Made by a program: the position numbers and the translations under genes | Source: an uncultured bacterium | GTDB taxonomy: Bacteria; Omnitrophota; Omnitrophia; Omnitrophales; Aquincolibacteriaceae | Direction: 5' to 3' | Length of the DNA stretch: 57,016 nucleotides | Assembly: GCA_964422635.1 (NCBI GenBank) | Contig: CAYRBY010000003.1 | Coordinates: 1-57,016, forward strand | Shown here: positions 34,765 through 45,100 of the stretch, one piece after another | Numbering within the stretch: the first letter of the stretch is position 1 | Layout of the letters: every line of letters begins with the position of its first letter | Notes under the pieces: model-generated | The model's database searches: none | What the model saw: only the letters and a program-made list of their open reading frames with translations | Told to the model about the DNA's origin: nothing

Positions 34765-35483
34765 GAACCCTCGTAGCACCCATAGTTTTTAATGAAATGC
34801 CACGGGCGCTCACGCTCTGGGATAAATTCCGCCTCTCCCCTGCGCATGAAACCTGTGATTTTGTAATGATGAATGATGGCTCTGAGGATGGCTTTGAAAA
34901 AGCCTGCCGGGAAAAAGGAATTCCTATTTTGAGTCACTCGAAAAGACAAGGCGTGGGGGCCGCAATCCGGACAGTTCTCAAAGAAGGGCTGTCGAAGGGC
35001 TATGACTCGGTTGTGATTATGGCCGGAAACACAAAGGATGATCCCGCTCAAATTCCTCTGCTTCTGGAACCTCTTCTCAAAGACAAGGCTGACTTTGTTC
35101 AAGGCTCCCGATTCCTCAAAGGCGGCCGTTATGACGGGCTGCCTTTCCATCGGCTTCTTGCAACACGCTGGCTTCATCCGGCGCTTATGTCTTTTTTTTC
35201 GGGAAAAAAAGTTACTGACAGCACCAACGGCTTTCGGGCCCTCAAGCTCGCTTTGCTGCGGGATCCCCGCATCCAAATAGATCAACCCTGGCTTGACCGT
35301 TACGAACTGGAGCCTTATCTATTATTTAAAACTCTGACCTGCGGCTTCCGCTATCAAGAAATTCCCGTGAGCAAAATCTATCCTCTCAGTGATAAGATGC
35401 CTTATTCTAAAATGAAGCCATGGAGCGATTGGTGGTCGATCCTCCGCCCTGTGTTTCTGCTGGGGCTCGGACTCAGGAAATAA
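34761..35483 (+). CDS. GT2 glycosyltransferase (polyprenyl-phosphate sugar transferase-like)
   Basis: VMMNDGSEDG, GVGAAIR and MAGNTKDDP motifs. The small DPM1/ArnC/GtrB-like size (240 aa) fits. There is a 4-nt overlap with the upstream gene. Confidence 0.7.
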   Translation: MRTLVAPIVFNEMPRALTLWDKFRLSPAHETCDFVMMNDGSEDGFEKACREKGIPILSHSKRQGVGAAIRTVLKEGLSKGYDSVVIMAGNTKDDPAQIPLLLEPLLKDKADFVQGSRFLKGGRYDGLPFHRLLATRWLHPALMSFFSGKKVTDSTNGFRALKLALLRDPRIQIDQPWLDRYELEPYLLFKTLTCGFRYQEIPVSKIYPLSDKMPYSKMKPWSDWWSILRPVFLLGLGLRK

Positions 35484-35486
35484 ATC

Positions 35487-36590
35487 ATGAAAATTCCTCT
35501 TGTCGATTTAAAAGCGCAGTATGGGCAGATAAAACGGGAAATAGAACAAACCGTTCTCACGGTCCTTTCCGATCCGCACTATGTTTTGGGGCCTTCGGTC
35601 GCAGCATTCGAAAAAGCCTTTGCCCGCTACACCGCGACACGACATGCCGTTGGAACAGCATGCGGCCTTGATGCGCTTTATCTGGCGCTGACAGCCTCTG
35701 GCATTGGCCGGGGCGATGAGGTGATTGCGCCTGCCCACACTTTTGCCGCCACCACCCTGGCAATTCTCCGAACGGGTGCCCGCCCTGTTCTTGCGGACTG
35801 CGACCCCGTTACTTTTAATATCCAAACACAGGGGCTTGAAAAGAAAATCACGCGGCGGACAAAAGCCATCATCCCCGTTCACCTTTATGGCCAAATGGCC
35901 GACATGCCCGCCATCCTTAAAATTTCAAGGAAGCACAATCTCAGGGTGATCGAAGATGCCTCACAGGCGCACGGTGCTGAGTGTCACGGGGAAAAGGCTG
36001 GAAGCTTGGGGGATTTTGGCTGTTTCAGTTTCTACCCCAGCAAAAATCTAGGCGCTTACGGAGATGCGGGCTGCCTGGTCACAAACTCCAAAAAGATGGC
36101 GGATCTTGTTAAAGCACTCGGAAACTACGGATCATTTGTGAAGTACCGGCACGACCTTAAAGGGGTAAATTCGCGGCTTGATTCCGTGCAGGCCGCGGTT
36201 CTCAGTATCAAATTAAAATATTTGGACCGGTGGAATGCAGCAAGAAGAAAAGCGGCAGCGCTCTACAACGAATCTTTCAAAAAAATTTCAGGGGTGCAGA
36301 TCCCTGAAATTATGCCGGGCATGACGCCGGTTTACCATGTCTATGTCATCCGGGTTCCCAAACGCGACAAAGTTCTGAAGTCCCTTCTCAATAAAGGCAT
36401 TGGCGCGGGCGTCCATTACCCTCAGCCGGTTCATCTGCTAAAGTGCCACAAGGATCTGGGCTATCGCCCGGGGGATTTTCCTCACGCAGAAATGGCCGCG
36501 AGATCGATCCTTTCTCTTCCATTGTTCCCGGAAATCACGCCTCGGCAGATCCGGCAAGTGGTTCAAGCTGTAGGCTCAGCCCTCCAGTAA
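35487..36590 (+). CDS. DegT/DnrJ/EryC1/StrS-family sugar aminotransferase
   Basis: [12 protein letters not shown] start, [11 protein letters not shown], and [16 protein letters not shown] containing the PLP lysine. Confidence 0.85.
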   Translation: MKIPLVDLKAQYGQIKREIEQTVLTVLSDPHYVLGPSVAAFEKAFARYTATRHAVGTACGLDALYLALTASGIGRGDEVIAPAHTFAATTLAILRTGARPVLADCDPVTFNIQTQGLEKKITRRTKAIIPVHLYGQMADMPAILKISRKHNLRVIEDASQAHGAECHGEKAGSLGDFGCFSFYPSKNLGAYGDAGCLVTNSKKMADLVKALGNYGSFVKYRHDLKGVNSRLDSVQAAVLSIKLKYLDRWNAARRKAAALYNESFKKISGVQIPEIMPGMTPVYHVYVIRVPKRDKVLKSLLNKGIGAGVHYPQPVHLLKCHKDLGYRPGDFPHAEMAARSILSLPLFPEITPRQIRQVVQAVGSALQ

Positions 36591-36611
36591 CTGTCCCGGT
36601 CTGTGGCGGTA

Positions 36612-37844
36612 TCAGGCGGGCGGTTTGTTCAGAGGCGGGACTGGAACATCCTGATAATGCGTCGATGAAGGCGCCAGTTTAAGGAAGAGCATAAGCAGCA
36701 CACTTGCGGTTGCCGCCAATACGGCTCCCATCAAAAATGCCGCATGAGATCCATAGAACTGCCAGACAAACCCAAAAATAAGACTCGCAGGAAGTGCCGC
36801 TGCACCAACAATAAAATAGTACCAGCCAAAAGCCCGACCTTTCCCCGATTGCCCGGCGTAATCCGCCAAAATGGCCCGTTCTCCGCCCTCAGTAAATCCG
36901 TAGAAAAGACCGTACACGGCAAAGAGAACCCACGCATGAAGGGGTGTTGAGGCAAAGGCAAAGCCCGTATACACGAGCGTGTAAACCACCCACCCCATCA
37001 GGATCACACGTCTTCTTCCGAGACGGTCTGACAATGCGCCTAAAGGTAGCGTCGTGAGGGCTTTCACTAAATTTAAAACCAGCCAAAGCATTGGCATCAG
37101 AGAACTCGGAACACCCAGCTGCGCTGCTCGTAATAGCAGAAAAGCATCGGATGAACTACCCAGAATGAAAAGGAAAAGAATGGCGAGATAGATCCCAAGC
37201 TTTCCTGAAGGCGGTTTTAAAGAAACGGCTTGAGCCTGTGTGCGGGGACGGTCCATAGCGACTTCGCGGACTTTCCACATAATCAGAAGAACCCCCAGTA
37301 TTCCAGGAATTGCCGCAATCAGAAAAAGGTGCCGGAGATCCTTGATCCAGAAAGAAAGCAGGAGCGTTGCCAAAATAGGTCCCGTGACGGCTCCTGCGTG
37401 GTCAAGAGATCTCTGAAGTCCATACGCTTTTCCCCGGTGATGAGCGCTTACGGAATCCGCAATCAGCGCATCCCGGGGAGAGGTCCGGACGCCCTTGCCA
37501 ATCCGGTCCGCAAACCGGACAAATAAAACCACCCAAGGGGTCCATGCGAAGGCCATCAAGGGCTTGGAAAATGCGGAAAAACTGTACCCCGCCAAAACCA
37601 GCTTGCTGCGGTCCTTTACGCGATCCGCCCATAAGCCCGACAGAAGCATAAAAAAAGCAGCTGTCGACTCCGCAAGCCCCTCGACGAGCCCCAGAAATCC
37701 CTGCCCCGCACCAAGGACTTGGGTTAGAAAAACAGGAAGAAGCGGAAAAATCATATCGCTTGAAACGTCGGTCAGAAAACTGACGACGCCAAAAATAAAA
37801 ACATTCCGGGGGACTCCGTGGAGAGGATTTTTCTTTTTATCCAT
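36612..37844 (-). CDS. MFS transporter
   Basis: About 12 TM segments. FGVVSFLTDVSSDMIFPLLPVFL and DRLGRRRV-type loop motifs are present. Confidence 0.8.
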   Translation of the reverse strand: MDKKKNPLHGVPRNVFIFGVVSFLTDVSSDMIFPLLPVFLTQVLGAGQGFLGLVEGLAESTAAFFMLLSGLWADRVKDRSKLVLAGYSFSAFSKPLMAFAWTPWVVLFVRFADRIGKGVRTSPRDALIADSVSAHHRGKAYGLQRSLDHAGAVTGPILATLLLSFWIKDLRHLFLIAAIPGILGVLLIMWKVREVAMDRPRTQAQAVSLKPPSGKLGIYLAILFLFILGSSSDAFLLLRAAQLGVPSSLMPMLWLVLNLVKALTTLPLGALSDRLGRRRVILMGWVVYTLVYTGFAFASTPLHAWVLFAVYGLFYGFTEGGERAILADYAGQSGKGRAFGWYYFIVGAAALPASLIFGFVWQFYGSHAAFLMGAVLAATASVLLMLFLKLAPSSTHYQDVPVPPLNKPPA

Positions 37845-37916
37845 GAAGAGACAAACTACATGAAAAGGCGTTTGAAGGGAAGCTCATCTCTCTGACCAGG
37901 ACACGCCTTGGGGCCA

Positions 37917-38888
37917 TCACATGCTTTGACGGGAGTGAGAAGCTCTTTTGAGGCGGTCCATAATCGCAAGACCTAAACCGGTTTCCGGAACCGGCTCTGC
38001 AAGAATGATCTCTGCCCCGCTCGCATCAAGGCGGTGGAGCGCGGCAAAAAGGTTCTGAGCCGCTTCACTCAAGGATCCCTGAGCGGACAAAACCTCGCAG
38101 GCCTTTGCCGGAATTTTTTCCGGGGCGGTTTTCAAAAGAAGAACGCCTGCCTTTGAAAGTCCGGGATATGTCAAAATCTGCGCCAAGGGTAGAATTTTGA
38201 GCGCCGTCCTCGGCGCATAATGCTGAAGAAGCTGTCCGGGCGCTGTAGGCTTTGCGCTTACAGCTGCGGCACTGAGCGGGCCTATCTTACTTTCAATTTC
38301 TTCCGCGGCAAGGCCGCCGGGTCTAAGAATCGCGGGGTTTTCACCGGATAAATCCACGATCGTAGATTCCACCCCCGTTTCGCAGGGGCCTCCGTCAAGA
38401 ATCATGTCAACTTTTGAACCCAGAGATTCCTCGACATGGACAGCCGTTGTCGGACTTAGAAAACCGAACGGATTAGCGCTCGGAGCGGCTATCGGAAAAC
38501 CGCATTCCCGGATCAGAGCCAGCGCTACAGGGTGGGCAGGAACGCGGATGGCAACAGTGGGAAGACCTGATGTCACCAGATCTGCAATGGCGTCTTTGCG
38601 GGGCAAAACAAGTGTCAGGGGCCCTGGCCAGAACGCTTGCATCAAAAGCTCTGCCTTTTCCGAAACAACCGCATATTTTTCAACCTCGCTGCGGTTTGCG
38701 ACGTGCACGATGAGGGGGTCAAAAAAGGGTCGATTTTTAGCTTCGAAAATCCGGACAACTGCGGCGGAATTCAAGGCATCGGCCCCTAAACCATAGACCG
38801 TCTCGGTCGGGAAGGCCACCAGACCTCCTTGCCGCAATATTGACGCTGCCCTGCGAACAGCTTCCGGGTTTGCTTTTTGAAGAATCAT
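37917..38888 (-). CDS. tsaC: L-threonylcarbamoyladenylate synthase (Sua5/YwlC type, with C-terminal Sua5 domain)
   Basis: GGLVAFPTETVYGLGADA, FEAKNRP and PSANPFG motifs. The track ORF (to 38984) runs through a terminator hairpin into tRNA-Glu. The ATG at 38888 (MILQKANPEA...) gives a canonical N-terminus. Confidence 0.85.
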   Translation of the reverse strand: MILQKANPEAVRRAASILRQGGLVAFPTETVYGLGADALNSAAVVRIFEAKNRPFFDPLIVHVANRSEVEKYAVVSEKAELLMQAFWPGPLTLVLPRKDAIADLVTSGLPTVAIRVPAHPVALALIRECGFPIAAPSANPFGFLSPTTAVHVEESLGSKVDMILDGGPCETGVESTIVDLSGENPAILRPGGLAAEEIESKIGPLSAAAVSAKPTAPGQLLQHYAPRTALKILPLAQILTYPGLSKAGVLLLKTAPEKIPAKACEVLSAQGSLSEAAQNLFAALHRLDASGAEIILAEPVPETGLGLAIMDRLKRASHSRQSM

Positions 38889-38902
38889 GGGACACTGTGG
38901 AA

Positions 38903-38935
38903 TAAAAAAGGCTGGCGGCATGCCAGCCTTTTTTA
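38903..38935 (-). terminator. rho-independent terminator downstream of tRNA-Glu
   Basis: Hairpin AAGGCTGGC-(5 nt)-GCCAGCCTT, with T-runs on both strands. Confidence 0.65.
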
Positions 38936-38975
38936 ACATTGGCTCAGCTTCGTTTGTCCAAAGCTGAGATAAAAA

Positions 38976-39050
38976 CGTCCCCAAGGGGATTTGAACCCCT
39001 GTCGCTAGAATGAAAATCTAGTGTCCTAGGCCGAGCTAGACGATGGGGAC
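38976..39050 (-). tRNA. tRNA-Glu (anticodon TTC), CCA not encoded
   Basis: Acceptor GTCCCCA/TGGGGAC, anticodon stem CTAGA/TCTAG with loop TTTTCAT, T-arm AGGGG-TTCAAAT-CCCCT. Confidence 0.85.
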
Positions 39051-39134
39051 ATAAAGGAGGTCTAATAGGCCCGAATAAGAGGGGGTATTATACTGATTTC
39101 GCTCCGGGAAGCAAAGGCCATTTTTGATGCTTGT

Positions 39135-42100
39135 TTAAGCCGCGGCTGCGATACGCGCCTGAGCCGCAAGATAGGTCGAAACAGCCTGTACCACAGCCTG
39201 GAAATTCTGCGGGAAAAGGCTCCTGGGATTCAACACATGGAAATAATCCTCAGGCTGCTTTCCAAGCGCCATCGCCTGAAGAACCGTGATGACAGTTGAT
39301 GCAAAAAGCCCTGGATCCGACATCGCCGCCGGATCAAGGCTGAAAAGGTTCAAGCCCCTGCGCTTCGGGAAACTGCTAAAGACATCTTCTTCGCCAAGCA
39401 GCGCATGATGCTCAGCGGCTGCAAGTTTCGAATGCGGCACAGTCGCAAAAACAGATGCCCCCATTCCCCCTCTTACCTGAAGTTGTCCTCTTTTTAATTG
39501 AATCCCTTTTCCAGCGGCTAAACTCAAAATTTGTTTTTCGAATTTTCCAGCACCTTCCTCGTTCAGTGACGCCATATTCAAATGCAAAGCGCCGTTCACA
39601 GAAGCAACGACAGCGAGTACAGGAAGAAAACCAGCAAGATTTTCTGGCACTTTCGGCATTTGAACATGAACCACGGCCGAAAGCCCCGCAGCACCCTGAT
39701 CTTCGGGACTGCGCACAGGCAAACCTGAAATTTCTGACATCATTTTCTGAAGAGCCGGATCAGAAACCCCCGCCCGTTCAAAAAGTCCTGCATCATCCAT
39801 CACTTGCCGCTCCACCCATCTTTGAGCCGCTTGTTCCCGAGGAAGTTCGGCAGCCCCTTCTCGATCATCGTCTACAGCAACTTGCGCCGGCAGGCGGTCT
39901 GCAATTTGTTTAGAGGCATACACCCCTCCAAGGTCACGAGAAACATTGACCACAGAAGCCTGAACATCCGGCCCAAAAAGGCCGGGCGAGCGGAGCGCAA
40001 ACCGCGGGCTCACAGTTTCAGAAAGAGTCCGCTTCCATTCTTGAGTTGAAGAAATATCAGGGGTTGCGGCCAAGCGAAGCTCCGAACGCCCAACAAGCTC
40101 CTGTCTTTCCTTCAGTGTCCGGAACCTTTGAAAATCAGCACTTGCCACAATCTTGGCTTCGATTCGGTCCTGCAGCATGGTGGCTACAAGATTCATCTCA
40201 TCGAGCTCCGGCAGATCCCCTGCTTCCATCCGGTCGATCAGCATTTTCATAGATGCCGGTTTATAGCTGGTTCCCAGATCAAAAACGTGCTCAAGATCCT
40301 GACTATCTGTCATTCGAATCATTTCAAGCAGCTCAGGAATTTTATTGGTGGGTGCCACTAGCTGCATCTTACGGCCATGATAAATTTCAAGCGCCATCGC
40401 AGCAAAAAGCATACGGGCCGATCCGCCCCACTGACCTTCAACGGTTAGATGAAGTCCCAGTTCACGGGCTGAACCTTCAAGATCCGCTATCGCTTTCACA
40501 AGCCCCGGGTGGAGCTTGTTCATCTCATCGCTTCCTTCATCCCGGGATTCAAGCACAGACTTTTGAAGGTCATTGGTCCCGATTCCAAAAAAAGGCTTGG
40601 CCTCAGAATCCTGATGCTGTTCAAGTACGGCTTTCATAATATCCATTCGCTGCTCAACGGCCGAAACCTCTTCAAACATATAGCCAAACCGGATTTTGCT
40701 CAGCCTCTGCGTGATTTTATCTCCAAAATCAGAACCGGCCACCTTAGAGAAATCCGCGTCAGACTCCTTTCCGAACAGCTCTTCATGCGGCTTCATTTCA
40801 GCCTTGCTTAAAAGTTGCTTTCTGAACCAGTCCAACCCCTTTTCAAGCCCTTCCGCTTCCAGGGCATCGATGTCTGTGACCCACCCGTGTCGGCGCACAA
40901 CAGCGGCCTCGGTTTGGACAAGTGCTTCTTCTTCAAGTTCACGGATAAGTTCCTTCCGAGCCTCTTCAAAAAGCTTCTTCAGCGCCCCCACCTCTTCTAC
41001 TTTGAGCAGGTTCGGGAGCAAAATTTGGAGGTTGTCTTTCCGTGCACGGAGATAAGCACGGTAGATCGCCTTGATCTGCATTTTTCCAAACTCACGTTGA
41101 TTGCGGAACTCCCCGCGTTCATCCAGATAAAAACGGATATTGGAATGCGTTTTAAGAATGCTCTCAATCTGTTCTTCCGTTTTTCCCTGCACAAAAAACT
41201 TTGGGCGTTTATCTCCTTGAACGTCATAAAGGCGCACGGTCAACGGTGCTTCAGGATCAGAAAACGGCAGCAGCATTTCTTCGATGGCAAGGCTCAAGCG
41301 CATCTCGTCGAACTCAATACCCGCACGGTCCATTTCCCCCATCAATTGCTCCAGCCGGAGCAGGCCAATGCCGCGGGCCCCAAACTTTTGAAATCGCGGC
41401 TGATCGCCGTCGCGTTTCAGATAATCCAAACGCGATTCATCCGCCCAAAAATAAAAAGGCCGTCCATTAACAAGGGCCGGCAGCGACACTCGAGGAAGAA
41501 AATACGCATCCAGATACTTATAAACTTTGCCGCGCTCGATCATATCCCGCTGCGCTTCCGCGCTCGGGTTCACAACAGCAATTCCTTTCTTGCCGTCCAC
41601 GAGCACAAAATCACCTTCTTTAAGTTCCCTGAAATCCATTTTGCGGTCTTCAAAATCCAGAGCTTCAATGGGAACGATACCCTGATCTTTTGAAAAAATA
41701 AACCAGTGCGGAACACGCCCCGCCGCATCGTCCGGAGCAAAGCGTTTCAGCGTTGCGATGGAAACAACCTTTCCGCGTCCCTTATTTCTCATCATAAGCT
41801 CCGAAAAATCGGCTTCATGCCGGATCTTTTCGGCGAACACGATGAGATTCTTGTCGCCCCCGCGTTTCACGATGCCGTACTGGCTGACGTTGTAAAAACG
41901 CATGAGAAAATCGAGCTGCTCGTCGGGGAGATCGCGATACTGTTCTGATCCCTTCTGACTGAAAAATTTTGCAGTGCCATAATCCAGTGTCCGGCCGCGC
42001 TCCCTGATTTCATACATCACCTGGGTTCTGAATTCTGCAATAAATGTTCTCAGTCTTTCAGATGGGGCTGGGAAGAAGTTCAGGGTGTCTTTGTAAACAG

Positions 42101-45100
42101 CTTCAAACCTTTCAAGCTCAGCCTGCTTTTTGCGATCGCGCTCTGCCTGCAGGTCTGACGAGTCATAAATAAAATCATACGTATCAAACTCATCGCGTAT
42201 TCCTTCCAAAAGGGACCTTTGCTCTTCAAAAACCTTGATCAGTCTTGAGCCAACAAGGGTATCTCCGCCCCGTTTTCTGCTGTCTTCCACCATTTTCTTC
42301 AGACGATCCAAGCCGGGCTCGATTTTATTTTTGATAACCTGATTGATGGCGAATTGGGCGCGCTTTCCCTGCTCAACGATTTTCAGAATATCCGGAAGCA
42401 AATCGCTAATCAGCATGACGCGTCGGCCCGTCGCAATCTTCCGCTCCAAATCAATAAGCTGCTTGACCCTGTCCTTTTCGTCTTCGCCGTAATCCTCCGG
42501 TGAAATGTGCAGGCCATAAGGGAGCCTGAGAATGATTTCAAAAACTTTCACCAGAACTTGATCTCTCTCCCGGTTAATAAAAAGTTTTTTCCGCTCCTCT
42601 TCATCAAGACCGCTTTCGACATAAACAAGCTCTTCACGGTTTTCCAAGGCTGGAAGAAGTCTTTTGTCAACAATCCCAGAAGCCATGGTTAAATCCAGAT
42701 CATCCCCGGATTCTTCTTTGGCGGCAGCCAGCATCTCATCTTTCACGGTCCGCAGCGCTATCTCCGCCTTGATCTCCTGGGTCCTGATCAAGTCCATAGC
42801 CCGGCGGATCATAAGCTCTACAACATCCAGGGCTTGCGGGAGATACCCTTTCTCCTGAAGCTCACCCATGACCTGCATCCAAAGAGTGTCGAGGGTTTCA
42901 AGCTCATTGTGTATTTTTTGGACAACAACCTTGTCATCATCATAAGGTCTCTTCAGAGAAGTATTCATTTGCCGCTGGGAAGGACGCCAAAAAACCAATT
43001 CACCAGCCTCTACTTTCAGCATTTCCGGAGAAACGCCGTTAAGGCGGACATTCTGAGGGGACTTCGTTTCCTCCGATCGCAGCTCGGAGCGAACTGTATA
43101 GGCTTTTGAACTCTTTGTGGGATTCAACGGGATTTCAGGAAGGCCTTCCGCGCGGCGCGTAAACCGCAGCCCTGCAAAAAAGCTGTGCGGAACCTGCTTA
43201 CCATTAATCGTAATACCGTAAATTTCGTAATCCGGGCTGAGAGATTCAAAAAACGACTTTATATCGACCTTCTTCTGCTGTTCATCCTTAATGGACATGA
43301 TGTCCAGGTCCGTGATCAGTTCCCCGCCGACTTTAAGATGTCTCGAAAGCATGCCCACCGTGCCCGGAATGTTGCGCATATATTCCATGACGGCCTGCGT
43401 CATCACGATCACGTCAAAAGATTCGTTTTCAAAAGCTCCCAGGTTTTGCTCTAAATCCATAAGGGCAAATCTCTGCCGAACGCTGACCATAATCGTTCCG
43501 GCTTCACCCGTGTCGATGCCAAGAATCTGTGAAAGCCCCTCGTTTGAAAACAACAGGTCCTCAAACGCGCCGGAATAAATCTCTGCCTGATCGCCATACG
43601 TTCTTATCAGTTCGGCAGGAACCACGCCGCGGCCCACGCCAAGAAGGAGCACTCGAGGTTTCTGGCCGCTGGCAATACGATCCGTAATGGCCTTGGTCAC
43701 GCGGCCTCCATGCATTTCATCCAGAAAGGCAAAGTTGCGGATGACATTCTCTTCAAGGCCATATGGATTAGGCTGTTCTTCGGCCCGCAATTCAGAACGG
43801 CGCGAGTGATAAACGTTGGAATTGGCCGTAGCATCAAGAGGTATTTCATTGATCTGCTCGAAGGAACGCGTAAAGTGCAAACCCGCAAGAAGGCTCGTGG
43901 GGGCCTGTTTGCCTTCCAGCGTAATCCCGTAAATCTCATAATTGGGTCCAAGGGATTCAAAGAAACTTTTCACATCGACGCTTTTGCCTGTCACAGAATC
44001 CTTGATTGAGAAAATGTCGAAGTCCGTCATGAATTCGCCTTTCAAGGCGAGCTTGGCGGAAAGCCGGTCCACAAGCCGTGGCTTGTTCTCTATGTACTGC
44101 ATCACAGTCTGAGTGATGATAATGACGTCAAAGGACTGAGAATCAAAAGCTCCGAGATCCTTCTCTGCGTTCGAGATGACATAGCGGTCACGTATTGTTT
44201 TTATGATGGCCTCTGTTTCCGCCGCGCTTACCTTGCCCTCCCAGAACGATGCCAACTGTTCGGGTGAAAAAAGAAGATCCTCTTTGGCGGTTGAGTAAAG
44301 CTCAATTTTATCTCCGTATTCACGCAGCATGTCCGCAGGTGCCACGCCGCGTCCGATACCAATCAAGAGCACGCGGGGTTTATCCCCAGCAGCGATCCGG
44401 CGGTTAAGGGACGCCCGGATACGGCCTCCGTGCATTTCATCAACCTGAGCAAAACCACGCGTTACGTTTTCTTCGGATTTATAAGGATTGTCTTCTTCGG
44501 ATCTCAATTCCGAGCGGTTCCGGGGGCGAAGATTGTTGAGCGTATCTATCCGGTCAGTGAGATAAGCATAATCTGTTGTAAAGGCCGCTTCCGAGGGACG
44601 AATCACCCCAGCTCCAAGCTGAAGCAAAGAAAGGTATTGGGGAATCCTGTCATGCCAGTCGTTTTGTGCATTCGCGGCACGATTCGATAATGTCTTAAGA
44701 AGACTGGGGTCACGCGCAGCCGCATCAAAAGCAGCCGCGAGGGTTCCTCTGAGAGCCGCTCCGGTAAAATCGGTAAACAGAAAGCCGTTGCCATGGTCAG
44801 GGTGATCAAAGTAATTGATCAGCGTTGCGGCAATGCCTCCCACATTTCTTGCCACCACAGGCGTTCCTGAAGCCAATGATTCCAGTTGCGTAATACCGCC
44901 CGGCTCATAACGGGAAGGCATTAGAAAGAACCGGCTTGCCAGCATGACCTGCAGGGTTGTGGCGCCAGGGATAAAGGTATACTCACCGCGGATTCTGCCG
45001 GGGTATCTCCCCTCAAGTTCACGGGTCAAATCCCTCAGACGTTCTGCCGTCCCATCCCCCTCAGCAACAGGTCCACCCAGGAATATCTGCACTTCCGGGT

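Noticed and set aside
38889-38984. An N-terminal extension of the Sua5/TsaC ORF up to 38984.
   Set aside because: The extension would read through a terminator hairpin and overlap the 3-prime end of tRNA-Glu. The ATG at 38888 gives the canonical family N-terminus.
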